Below are positions 30,913 to 39,799 of a DNA stretch of 64,000 nucleotides, piece after piece; position 1 is the stretch's first letter; the number at the start of each line of letters is the position of its first letter. Made by a program: the position numbers and the translations under genes. The stretch is taken from positions 320,001-384,000 of the forward strand of contig CAWCVB010000006.1 in the NCBI GenBank assembly GCA_963798915.1, read 5' to 3'. The notes under the pieces were generated by a model, which made no database searches, had not been told where the DNA came from, and saw nothing but the letters and a program-made list of their open reading frames with translations. The stretch comes from an uncultured Gemmatimonadales bacterium. Lineage in GTDB: Bacteria; Gemmatimonadota; Gemmatimonadetes; Gemmatimonadales; GWC2-71-9.

Positions 30913-33072
30913 GTGACGATTGAGCAACGCAGACCGCCATACGTCTGGGCCGCGCTGACCGGTGCCATCGTGCTGGCGTTCTACATCGCCACGTTGTCCC
31001 CCACGACCGCCTTCTGGGACACATCCGAGTATATCGCGGCCGCGAAGGTCCTCGGCATTCCACATCCGCCCGGAAATCCGCTCTTTACGCTGCTGGCCCA
31101 TGTGTGGGGGCTGCTGCCGCTGGCGGCTGCCTATGCGGTCCGGATCAATATCTTCGCCGCCGTGACCAGCGCCTCCGCGGCGGCCTTCTGGTTTCTGGTT
31201 GCTGATCGATGGCTGGATCGCCTGGTGCCGTCGCCATGGTTCCGCCGAGCCGCGGCGTTCGCCGGCACGATGGTGGGTGCCACCAGCTGGACCGTCTGGA
31301 ACCAGTCGGTGGTGAACGAGAAGGTCTACACGGTGTCGCTGCTGTTCATCGCTGCCGTCGCATGGCTGACGGTCCGCTGGGCCGATCTGGAACCGGGACC
31401 GCGGCGGGATCGTCAGCTCATCTTTATGGCATATCTGCTTGCCCTCACCACCACCAACCACATGATGGGCATTCTGGTCGTTCCCCTCGTGGGGGTATAT
31501 CTGCTCCTCGCCGACTGGCGCAGCCTGACCAGACCGCGAATCGTGGGCGGCATCGTCATCGCGGTGCTCGTGGGTGTCTCGCTGAACTACCTCTACCTTC
31601 CGATGCGCGCGGCGCAGCACCCGCCCATCAACGAGGGCGAGCCCGAAGGATTCTTCAGTCAGGCGCTGAAAGACGTGCTCAATCGGGTCCAATACGGCAA
31701 GCCACCCGTGACCGACCGTCAGGCAGACTTCCTCTCGCAGCTCGGCAACTATTTCCAGTATTTTGGCTGGCAGTTCGCCCGGGGCTGGCAGTCACTCGCC
31801 CGCGTCGCCGCGGTCTTGTTTGGCCTGACCGGACTGGCCGGCCTCTGGACCCTGCTGCGCCGCGAGCGAGTCGCCGGACTGGCGGCGGCGGCTCTGTTGT
31901 TCACCCTGACGCTCGCGCTGATTGCCTACCTGAATTTCAAATACGGCTTCTCCTATCACCCGCAGGAAAACCTTTCCCGCGAAGTGCGTGAGCGGGACTA
32001 TTTCTTCATCGCGTCGTTCTCGTTCTTCGGGGTCCTCGTGGCGGTAGGCCTCGGCACCCTCATGCGCGAGGTGGTGGCCTGGCTGGGCGATCGCGCGCCG
32101 GGCCAGAAGGGATGGATGATGGCCTCCCCGGTGCTCGCCCTCGCGCTGGTACCACTCCTGGCGAACTGGTCCACCGCATCGCGTGCCCATGAAACGATGG
32201 CCAATGATTTTGCAGTGGACCTGCTCCAGTCGGTCGCGCCCTATGGCATCCTCATTACGGCGGGCGATAACGACACCTTTCCGCTCTGGTTCGCCCAGGA
32301 GGTCGAGGGTGTACGCCGGGACGTGACGCTGGCCAATCTCTCGCTGATGAACACGCGCTGGCACCTGCGGCAGATCGCCCGGCGCGCGACCCCGACCTTC
32401 GACCCGTCCCGGTCCATCCCGCTCTGGCGTTCGATTGAGCAGCCCGGCATCACGCTCGCCGACTCGGGCCGCTCTCCGCTCCGTGGTGTGAACTGGCCAA
32501 AGCCCAGCAATGACGTGCTCTCGCTCACGCCCGACGAGCTGAGTGACACGGTCCGCCTGCCGGACGTGACGCAGGCGCCGAAGGGCGTGGTCCGGGTGGG
32601 CAAGGTGGACATGCGCTTTGGCAGCCAGTATCTGCTGCTTCAGGACGTCATGAGTGCCATCCTGATCAAGGACAATCTCGGGAAGCGACCCATCTATTTT
32701 GCCTGGAGTGATGGCGGCTATCCCGACCAGACGCTGGGCCTGAGCGCGTACCTGCAGACCGAGGGGTTCGTGCGCCGGCTGATGCCCGCGCCAGTGCAGC
32801 CGTCCGATTCGGTTGTGGCGTCGCCATACCTCGGCTTTGTCAACGTCAACCGTACCGCTGAGCTCATGTGGAAGTCCTACCACTGGAGGAGCGCCACACG
32901 GGAACGGCCCTTTGGCTGGGTGGATCCTCCCTCCGGGAGCATCCTGCAGCTGTATTCCATTGTCTACGGTGGCATGGCACCGATTCTGGATCAGAAAGGC
33001 GACTCGGTGCTGTCGGCGCGCGCCGATTCCGTCGCGACTGCCGTGCAGGCGAATCTCAATCGAAGCCCGTGA
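30913..33072 (+). CDS. DUF2723 / TMEM260-like polytopic membrane glycosyltransferase
   Basis: FWDTSEY...GIPHPPG, REVRERDYFF and GDNDTFPLW; many TM helices. Confidence 0.85.
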   Translation: MTIEQRRPPYVWAALTGAIVLAFYIATLSPTTAFWDTSEYIAAAKVLGIPHPPGNPLFTLLAHVWGLLPLAAAYAVRINIFAAVTSASAAAFWFLVADRWLDRLVPSPWFRRAAAFAGTMVGATSWTVWNQSVVNEKVYTVSLLFIAAVAWLTVRWADLEPGPRRDRQLIFMAYLLALTTTNHMMGILVVPLVGVYLLLADWRSLTRPRIVGGIVIAVLVGVSLNYLYLPMRAAQHPPINEGEPEGFFSQALKDVLNRVQYGKPPVTDRQADFLSQLGNYFQYFGWQFARGWQSLARVAAVLFGLTGLAGLWTLLRRERVAGLAAAALLFTLTLALIAYLNFKYGFSYHPQENLSREVRERDYFFIASFSFFGVLVAVGLGTLMREVVAWLGDRAPGQKGWMMASPVLALALVPLLANWSTASRAHETMANDFAVDLLQSVAPYGILITAGDNDTFPLWFAQEVEGVRRDVTLANLSLMNTRWHLRQIARRATPTFDPSRSIPLWRSIEQPGITLADSGRSPLRGVNWPKPSNDVLSLTPDELSDTVRLPDVTQAPKGVVRVGKVDMRFGSQYLLLQDVMSAILIKDNLGKRPIYFAWSDGGYPDQTLGLSAYLQTEGFVRRLMPAPVQPSDSVVASPYLGFVNVNRTAELMWKSYHWRSATRERPFGWVDPPSGSILQLYSIVYGGMAPILDQKGDSVLSARADSVATAVQANLNRSP

Positions 33073-33078
33073 GAGACT

Positions 33079-33126
33079 GTCAACGGTCTACGGTCTACGG
33101 TCGACCGTTGACTGTTGACCGTTGAC
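33079..33126. repeat. heptamer-built inverted repeat
   Basis: GTCAACG GTCTACG GTCTACG GTC|GAC CGTTGAC TGTTGAC CGTTGAC. Confidence 0.85.
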
Positions 33127-33146
33127 CTTGAACGGCAGGCCAAACC

Positions 33147-33956
33147 ATGAAGCGAAAAATCCTCCCCGTCCTCCTGTTCGCCTTGCTCGCCCGGCCCGTC
33201 CTGGCTCAGGACCGCAGCATGGTCCTGGCGACGACCACCAGTGTCTACGATACCGGCTTGCTGGATTCGCTCCTTGCCGTTTTCACCGCCCAATCGGGAA
33301 TCACGGTCAAGCCGATCGCCGTGGGCTCCGGCGCCGCCCTCGAGATGGCCCGGCGCGGCGAGGCCGATGCCGTACTGGTCCATGATCCCGTCGCCGAGAA
33401 ACAGGCCGTGCATCGCGGCGACCTTATCGAAGGCCGCCGGATCATGCACAACGATTTCCTGCTGGTCGGGCCGCCGAGCGACCCTGCGCACGCAGCGGGC
33501 CGCTCCATCGCGGATGCGATGACGGCCATCGCGGCGCGGGGAACCTTTGTCTCGCGCGGCGATGGATCGGGTACCGAGTCGCGCGAGCGCGCGCTCTGGG
33601 CGCTGACTCACCTCGACCCCGACACGCTCTCTTCCCGCACCGAGACAGGCCAGGGACAGGCCGCCACTCTCTATGTCACGAGCGAACGAGGGGCCTACAC
33701 CCTGACCGACCGCGGTACCTGGCTTACGCTCCGCCACCGGGTGCACCTTGTGCCTCAAATCCAGGGCGACCCTGCGCTTCTGAACATTTATACGGCGTAC
33801 GTGGTGAATCCCGCCGTGCATCAGCATGTCCACCCGGCGCTCGCGCGTGCCTTCATCGCCTTCCTCGCTTCTGATGCCGCGCAGCGGCTGATCGGGCGGT
33901 TTGGCAGGGAGCGCCTGGGCGGTCAGTTGTTCGTGCCCGACCTGCTGCATGAATGA
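33147..33956 (+). CDS. tupA: tungstate ABC transporter substrate-binding protein
   Basis: ATTTSVYDTGLL (TTTS motif), VGSGAAL and SRGDGSGT; signal peptide. Confidence 0.88.
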   Translation: MKRKILPVLLFALLARPVLAQDRSMVLATTTSVYDTGLLDSLLAVFTAQSGITVKPIAVGSGAALEMARRGEADAVLVHDPVAEKQAVHRGDLIEGRRIMHNDFLLVGPPSDPAHAAGRSIADAMTAIAARGTFVSRGDGSGTESRERALWALTHLDPDTLSSRTETGQGQAATLYVTSERGAYTLTDRGTWLTLRHRVHLVPQIQGDPALLNIYTAYVVNPAVHQHVHPALARAFIAFLASDAAQRLIGRFGRERLGGQLFVPDLLHE

Positions 33957-34635
33957 CCTGGCCGAGGCCCTGACCTCGGCATGGCGGCTGCTCGTTGCCG
34001 ACCCCGAGATTCGCGCCATCGTGCTCCGGACCCTTGCCATTTCCGGCGCCGCCACGGCAGCGGCCATGCTCCTGGGCGTCCCCATTGGCTATGGTATCGC
34101 GCGGGGACGGTTCCGCGGGCGCACCATCCTGATGGGACTCGTTAACACCGGTATGGGACTGCCGCCGGTCGTGGTCGGCCTGGTCGTCTGGCTGGTGCTC
34201 GCACGAGGCGGCGTCTTCGGGTCGCTCGATCTGCTCTACACCCCGTCGGCGATGATCACAGCTCAGTTTCTCATTGCGCTCCCGTTGGTCATCGGCTTCA
34301 CCGCAGCCAGTATCCAGTCTCTTCCCGGAGCCATGCCGGACCTGCTTGTGTCCCTTGGCGCCGGGCCTGGCAGGCGGATGTGGCTGCTCTGCCGCGAGGC
34401 CAGACTCGGACTCCTGGCCGCGATGATGGCGGCCTTCGGCGCAATCATTTCGGAGGTGGGCGCCGCCATGACGGTGGGTGGCAACCTCCGTGGCTCAACC
34501 CGGGTTCTGACCACGGCCATCGTCACGGTCACCGGTCGAGGGGCAATCCCCGAAGCGCTGGCGCTGGGGCTGATCCTGCTGCTGCTCGCCTTCTCGGTGA
34601 ACCTGCTCCTTACGGTCGTGCAGCAGCGCCGTTGA
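33949..34635 (+). CDS. tupB: tungstate ABC transporter permease
   Basis: NTGMGLPPVVVGL and ISEVGAAMTVGGN...TRVLTTAI. Confidence 0.88.
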   Translation: MNDLAEALTSAWRLLVADPEIRAIVLRTLAISGAATAAAMLLGVPIGYGIARGRFRGRTILMGLVNTGMGLPPVVVGLVVWLVLARGGVFGSLDLLYTPSAMITAQFLIALPLVIGFTAASIQSLPGAMPDLLVSLGAGPGRRMWLLCREARLGLLAAMMAAFGAIISEVGAAMTVGGNLRGSTRVLTTAIVTVTGRGAIPEALALGLILLLLAFSVNLLLTVVQQRR

Positions 34636-35642
34636 TGCGAGTCGAAGTGCAGGAGCTCCAGTTCTCGCGCGAGGGCCGGCAGGTGCTGGACGTGCCGGCG
34701 TTCAGCGTCGAGGCGGGTTCGGTTACCGCTCTCTTCGGCGCTAACGGAGCCGGCAAGTCCACCCTGCTGCGGTTGGTCGGCGGGGTTGAGGCTCTCCAGC
34801 AGGGCACGATCAGCATCGGCAGCGCCACCTCCCGACTCGAGCGCTCCCGCCTCTGCGCCATGACCTTCCAGGATCCGGTGTTCCTGCGAGGATCGGTTCG
34901 CGACAACCTGGAGCTTGGCCTGAAGCTGCGCGAGCTCACCGCCCATGAGCGCGCCGAGCGGGTACGTTTCGCGGCAGAAGAATGCGGCATCGATGCATTG
35001 CTGGAGCGGAGGGCGCGCGAGTTATCCGCGGGCGAAGCCCAACGTGCCGCGCTCGCCCGGGCCATGGCGCTCCGAGCGCCCGTGATGCTGCTGGACGAGC
35101 CGCTGGCCGGGCTGGACCAGCGGGCTCGGCGGGGCTTGCTGCATGACCTTCCTCGCCTCCTCAGGTCGTCCGGCGCCACGGCGATCGTCGTCTCGCATGA
35201 TCGCGAGGAAGCGTTCCGGCTCGCGGACCGGCTGGCGGTCATGGTTGACGGCCAGGTAATTCGCCATGACACGCTTGAACGCGTCTACCAGTCGCCCGGA
35301 AGCGCGGTGGTGGCCGAGCTGCTTGGCTACACGGCGCTCATGGTGGGCGATCGGCGCCTGGCGGTGCCGCCTGACGGCCTCTCACTCAGTGCGGGTGAGG
35401 GTCCGACGGTCATCTTCGAGGTGGATCAGGTCATCGATATTGCCGACCGCCGCCACGTGATCGGCCGTGTGGGCGACCGAAGCGTCGAATGCAGGCTGGG
35501 CACGCATGAGCCGGTGCCCACGCCCGGGAGCAGCGCATCGGCTGACCATCACTCGGGCGGTCGAACTCCGCGAGTAGCCGGTTCGGAGACAACGATAGTC
35601 ATCCCGACCGGTCGTGTATTAGAATTCGCCCGCGCGAACTGA
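34635..35642 (+). CDS. tupC: tungstate ABC transporter ATP-binding protein
   Basis: GANGAGKS, LSAGEAQR, LLDEP and VSHD; C-terminus uncertain (see findings). Confidence 0.85.
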   Translation: MRVEVQELQFSREGRQVLDVPAFSVEAGSVTALFGANGAGKSTLLRLVGGVEALQQGTISIGSATSRLERSRLCAMTFQDPVFLRGSVRDNLELGLKLRELTAHERAERVRFAAEECGIDALLERRARELSAGEAQRAALARAMALRAPVMLLDEPLAGLDQRARRGLLHDLPRLLRSSGATAIVVSHDREEAFRLADRLAVMVDGQVIRHDTLERVYQSPGSAVVAELLGYTALMVGDRRLAVPPDGLSLSAGEGPTVIFEVDQVIDIADRRHVIGRVGDRSVECRLGTHEPVPTPGSSASADHHSGGRTPRVAGSETTIVIPTGRVLEFARAN

Positions 35643-35666
35643 CCCGGGCGACGTTTTGGCCCTCTG

Positions 35667-35753
35667 GGCGTGGTGGCCGAGTGGTTTAAGGCAGCGGTCT
35701 TGAAAACCGCCGAACGGGCAACCGTTCCGTGAGTTCGAATCTCACCCACGCCG
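35667..35753 (+). tRNA. tRNA-Ser (TGA)
   Basis: Acceptor GGCGTGG/CCACGCC; anticodon arm GCGGT-CTTGAAA-ACCGC; long variable arm; GTTCGAATC. Confidence 0.95.
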
Positions 35754-35758
35754 TGGCG

Positions 35759-35884
35759 AGGGAGTAGGGATTAGGGATCAGGGGTTAGGGAGTAGGGGCA
35801 AGGGATCAGCAGCGAGGGGCTGAGCGCTCAGCGCAGCTACTCCCCATTCCCCATTCCCGATTCCCGATTCCCTATCCCACTCCC
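35759..35884. repeat. G-rich heptamer tandem and complementary C-rich heptamer tandem around a 14-bp palindrome
   Basis: 7 x AGGGRNN (35759-35807); GCTGAGCGCTCAGC (35819-35832); 5 x A(C/T)TCCCN (35839-35873). Confidence 0.9.
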
Positions 35885-35914
35885 TTGACTCGCCCGTCCC
35901 CCGTGCCCCATCTT
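35885..35914 (+). promoter_or_regulatory. putative sigma70 promoter of tRNA-Ser(GCT)
   Basis: TTGACT-18 nt-CATCTT, 10 nt before the tRNA. Confidence 0.4.
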
Positions 35915-35924
35915 CCCGCCCCGA

Positions 35925-36015
35925 GGAGTCGTGGCCGAGAGGCTGAAGGCGGCGGTTTGCTAAACCGTTATAGGGCCTAAAAGCCCTATCGAGGGTTCGA
36001 ATCCCTCCGACTCCG
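35925..36015 (+). tRNA. tRNA-Ser (GCT)
   Basis: Acceptor GGAGTCG/CGACTCC; anticodon loop TTGCTAA; long variable arm; GTTCGAATC. Confidence 0.95.
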
Positions 36016-36020
36016 TCATT

Positions 36021-36079
36021 GAGTCGAGGGTCGAGGGTCGAGAGTCACGCGCTCGACTCTGGACTCTCGACTCTCGACT
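36021..36079. repeat. heptamer-built inverted repeat after tRNA-Ser(GCT)
   Basis: GAGTCGA GGGTCGA GGGTCGA GAGTCAC ... TCGACTC TGGACTC TCGACTC TCGACT. Confidence 0.85.
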
Positions 36080-36104
36080 TTCCTGGACCTTCATCGGCGA
36101 CACC

Positions 36105-37532
36105 ATGTCCACACCCCGCGTCCGATTCGCTCCCTCACCCACCGGCTACCTGCACGTCGGCGGCGCACGCACCGCGCTGTTCAACTGGCTCTATGCGAGG
36201 AATACCGGCGGCACCCTGGTGCTGCGGATCGAAGACACCGATCGCGAGCGCTCCACCGACGCGCATACACAGGTCATTCTCGACGGCCTGCAGTGGCTCG
36301 GGATCACCTGGGATGAGGGCCCCGTATTCCAGGGCGCGGCGCTGTCCCGTCATCAGGACGACGCCAACCGCCTGCTCTCGGAGGGCAAGGCGTATCGGTG
36401 CTTCTGCACCCGGGAGGAACTCGAGGCCCAACGCGCGGCGGCTGCAGCGCAGAAGCTGGGGTTTCGTTATAACCGCCATTGCCGCACCGTGGCGCCCGAT
36501 GAGTCACTTCGGCGCGCCCAATCGGGAGCGCCGTTTACTGTCCGCCTCCGCATGCCCGACGATGAACTGGCCTGGGACGATGCGGTCCACGGCCGGATCA
36601 GCTTCCAGGGTCGCGACCTGGATGATTTCGTGATCCTCCGGACGGACGCGACCCCGATCTACAACCTGGCCGTCGTCTCGGATGACATTGCCATGCGCAT
36701 CACGCACGTCATCCGCGGCGATGACCATGTGTCCAACACGCCCAAGCAGATTGCGCTCTACCGCGCGTTCGGTGCGGCCGAGCCGGTGTTTGCCCACGTG
36801 CCGATGATCCTGGGACCGGACGGCAAGAAGCTCTCCAAGCGTCACGGCGCCACCGCAGTCGGCGACTACCAGGATCAGGGCATTTTTCCCGCTGCCATGC
36901 GCAACTTCCTTGCGCTGCTCGGCTGGTCTCCTGGTGCCGATCGCGAAATCCTGCCCGAGGAAGACTTGATTGCGCTCTTCAGTCTCGAGGCGATCCAGAG
37001 CCGGCCCGCGGTTTTCGACACCGCCAAGCTGGAGTGGATGAACGGTCAGTATCTGTCGGCCACGCCGGCCGAGCGCCTGCTGGCTCCGGTCGAGCGCCAG
37101 CTGCAACGGCTGGGCATCGACACTGGCGCCCGGGACCTGCTTCCGTTTATTGATGCAGTGAAGGCTCGCTCGCGCACGCTGGTGCAGCTGGCCGAGCAGG
37201 TCGCCGTGCGGCTGGAGGGGCGGGCTGGGGAACTCGAGCCGAAGGCGGCCGCCTTCCGGCAGAAGATGGGTCCGGCATTCAGGGAAAGTCTCGCGCGGGC
37301 CGTCTCGACGCTTTCCAGACTCGATCCCGAGGCATGGACTGCTGACCGGATTCTCGAGGCTCTGAAGGAGAGCGCAACGGCCGCGGGGGCAAAGCTGGGT
37401 GACGCCATGCAGCCGATCCGCATCGCGCTGACGGGTGGCACCGTCTCCGAACCGGTCAACGAACTGCTTGCGGTCATCGGGAGGGAGGCGGCGCTCACGC
37501 GTCTGCAAGCCGAGCTGAGTCGCGAGGCGTAG
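36105..37532 (+). CDS. gltX: glutamate--tRNA ligase
   Basis: RFAPSPTGYLHVGG, RIEDTD, THVIRGDDH and KLSKRHG. Confidence 0.97.
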   Translation: MSTPRVRFAPSPTGYLHVGGARTALFNWLYARNTGGTLVLRIEDTDRERSTDAHTQVILDGLQWLGITWDEGPVFQGAALSRHQDDANRLLSEGKAYRCFCTREELEAQRAAAAAQKLGFRYNRHCRTVAPDESLRRAQSGAPFTVRLRMPDDELAWDDAVHGRISFQGRDLDDFVILRTDATPIYNLAVVSDDIAMRITHVIRGDDHVSNTPKQIALYRAFGAAEPVFAHVPMILGPDGKKLSKRHGATAVGDYQDQGIFPAAMRNFLALLGWSPGADREILPEEDLIALFSLEAIQSRPAVFDTAKLEWMNGQYLSATPAERLLAPVERQLQRLGIDTGARDLLPFIDAVKARSRTLVQLAEQVAVRLEGRAGELEPKAAAFRQKMGPAFRESLARAVSTLSRLDPEAWTADRILEALKESATAAGAKLGDAMQPIRIALTGGTVSEPVNELLAVIGREAALTRLQAELSREA

Positions 37533-37571
37533 ATCGCCGGCGCCGGAAGTCCCGCGACGGGAGGTCCAGAC

Positions 37572-38774
37572 ATGCGTCCTCGTTACCTTCTTGCACTTTT
37601 GCTTGCCGCGGCGTGTACCCGGACTGTCCGAGTGCCGCCTTCACCGGCGCCAACTCCCGTTCCCGCACCGGGAATCCCCGAGCCGCGCCCGGCCAACCCG
37701 CCGGCGAGGCCAGCGGCTCCCGATACCGTCTCGAAGCCCGATTCCGTGCCTCCCGCCCGCCTGCGCACCATTTCTGCGGCATTTGCCGGCGATATCAACC
37801 TTGGCACAACCACACTGCCGGGCGGACTCCCGCCGGACAGCGGGCGGGCGGAGCTGCGAGCCGCGACGCCGGCGCTTCGCGGGGACCTGGTCGTTGGGAA
37901 TCTCGAAGGCGTCCTGGCCGACACCGGGACCTCGGAGAAGTGCCTCCGACGCGTCGGCAAGCGAGTCGAGGTGAAGGACCTGTGTTATGCGTTCCGGACG
38001 CCGACGTACCTCGCAGCGCGGCTCCGGGACGCCGGCTTCACTCATCTCAACCTCGCGAACAACCACAGCGGCGACCTGGGCGAAGCTGGGCGCGAATCAA
38101 CGATTACGGTGCTCGATTCCCTGGGACTGGCCCATTACGGTCCGCTCGGTTCGATCGTCGTCGACACGCTGCGTCGGGGGGACAGCACCAGCACAGTCGC
38201 CCTGCTCGGGTTCAGCACTTATCCGTTTTCGTATAACCTGCTTGAACTTGGCCGAAGTGCTGCAGTAGTAGACTCCGTAAGCGGGCTCGCTGACGTCGTC
38301 CTGGTCACGTTCCATGGGGGTGCGGAGGGTGTCGAGGCCCAGCATGTCGACACGGCGCCTGAGTTCCTTGGACAGGAGCCGCGCGGCGCGCTGCGCGAAT
38401 GGGCCCACGCGGTAGTCGATGCCGGCGCCTCGGCGGTGGTCGGCCACGGCCCGCACGTCCTTCGGGGCATCGAGTTCTATCGCGGGCGTCCCATCGCATA
38501 TTCGCTGGGCAACTTTGCGACATACCGCGGCTTCAGTCTTGCTGGCCCGCTCGGTATCACAGCCGTGCTCCAGCTGGAGTTCGCAGGGACCGGCGAATTT
38601 GTGCGGGGGCGCCTCATTCCGATGTACCAGTCGCGCGGCGAGGGACCAGCGCCCGATCCGAGACGACGAGCGATCGCGCTCGTGCGTTCACTCTCTGAGA
38701 GCGACTTCGGTCCGAATGCCGCAGTGATCCAGGACGACGGGACCATCCTCGCGCCAGACGTGGCATCTCGCTAA
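37572..38774 (+). CDS. CapA (PGA_cap) family metallophosphatase-like lipoprotein
   Basis: Lipobox AAAC; GDIN, GNLEG, NLANNH, GHGPHV and YSLGNF. Confidence 0.9.
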   Translation: MRPRYLLALLLAAACTRTVRVPPSPAPTPVPAPGIPEPRPANPPARPAAPDTVSKPDSVPPARLRTISAAFAGDINLGTTTLPGGLPPDSGRAELRAATPALRGDLVVGNLEGVLADTGTSEKCLRRVGKRVEVKDLCYAFRTPTYLAARLRDAGFTHLNLANNHSGDLGEAGRESTITVLDSLGLAHYGPLGSIVVDTLRRGDSTSTVALLGFSTYPFSYNLLELGRSAAVVDSVSGLADVVLVTFHGGAEGVEAQHVDTAPEFLGQEPRGALREWAHAVVDAGASAVVGHGPHVLRGIEFYRGRPIAYSLGNFATYRGFSLAGPLGITAVLQLEFAGTGEFVRGRLIPMYQSRGEGPAPDPRRRAIALVRSLSESDFGPNAAVIQDDGTILAPDVASR

Positions 38775-38782
38775 CCTTCAAC

Positions 38783-39349
38783 ATGACTGATATTCCCAGC
38801 CAAGGCCCCACCCCAGTCGCCATTGCCGCCACGCAGGGCCCGGTCGAATTGCGGGTCCAGCTCGTGGAGGACGACCGTACGCCGGCCGGCATGGTGTGCA
38901 TGGGAACCTTCCGGGGAGATCGCCTGGTCTCACGCTGCGTGCTGCCGCCCGAGGCATGGCACCAGATTGAAGAATTTGGGCTTCTGGATGAACCGGTGCA
39001 GGTGGTGCTGCTCGCGCGGGAGGCTCCGCCGGGACTCCAGTGCCAGCTCTTTGCCGTGATTGACGTTCCGGACGCCATGCACGAAGACGAGCAGGATGAG
39101 CCGGAAGAGCCCTGGGCCGCGAGCGTGCCCAGCTCAGGCTACGAGGCGGCCATCGAAGACAGTGCTGGAGATGAGGAGGAGGCCAACGTGGCCACGCTGC
39201 CGCTGGGCAATATCGTGCGGTATTCCCATGACCGAACCCACCCTGACAGTCTCTCTCATGAGGCGGCCGACGTGCTGCGCAAGGTCATCCAGGGCGAAAC
39301 GGCCGAGTTGGTCGATCGGGCGCTTGCCGACCTGTTCAAGGATCTCTGA
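38783..39349 (+). CDS. acidic hypothetical protein
   Basis: Clean ORF with plausible codon usage; no recognised motif. Confidence 0.7.
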   Translation: MTDIPSQGPTPVAIAATQGPVELRVQLVEDDRTPAGMVCMGTFRGDRLVSRCVLPPEAWHQIEEFGLLDEPVQVVLLAREAPPGLQCQLFAVIDVPDAMHEDEQDEPEEPWAASVPSSGYEAAIEDSAGDEEEANVATLPLGNIVRYSHDRTHPDSLSHEAADVLRKVIQGETAELVDRALADLFKDL

Positions 39350-39355
39350 CTCAGT

Positions 39356-39799
39356 TCAGAGCAGCGCGCCCGTCCTGAACTGCCAGATTCGCCGGAGCAG
39401 TTCGTCCAGATGCCCATGCACCACGAAGGCGTCCACGGCGGCGGAGGTGGCGGCGGCATCCACACCCCACAGTCCGGCACGCTTCTGCTCCCCGTCGAAA
39501 TTGCCCTGCACCCAGACCCGCTCCTCTTCAGCATAGAGAGTCGCGAGCCCGCTGAAGAAGTGCTGGGTGACTGCATTGACCCCCGGTCCGCCGATTGCGA
39601 TCGTCGTCTGCCGCTGCAACACGTCGCTCCGGAAGTAGCTCTCATCGTCCGTGACCACGGCGCGACGATACGGCTGCCCGTCGGCCCGCCGGCCAATTTC
39701 GTCGCGGAGCCAGATGGCCAGGGGCCGGTCCCGCTCCAGTGCGGCATGGGTCGAACCGGTGACCAGTACGACGCTTTCTTGGAGATCCAGCAATTTCAC
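39356..39799 (-). CDS. hypothetical protein
   Basis: GTGA overlap with the upstream gene; IAIGGPGVN motif. Confidence 0.7.
   Translation of the reverse strand: MKLLDLQESVVLVTGSTHAALERDRPLAIWLRDEIGRRADGQPYRRAVVTDDESYFRSDVLQRQTTIAIGGPGVNAVTQHFFSGLATLYAEEERVWVQGNFDGEQKRAGLWGVDAAATSAAVDAFVVHGHLDELLRRIWQFRTGALL

Noticed and set aside
35667..35753. tRNA-Sec, given nearby selA
   Set aside because: The anticodon is TGA (Ser), not TCA, and the acceptor stem is a standard 7 bp.
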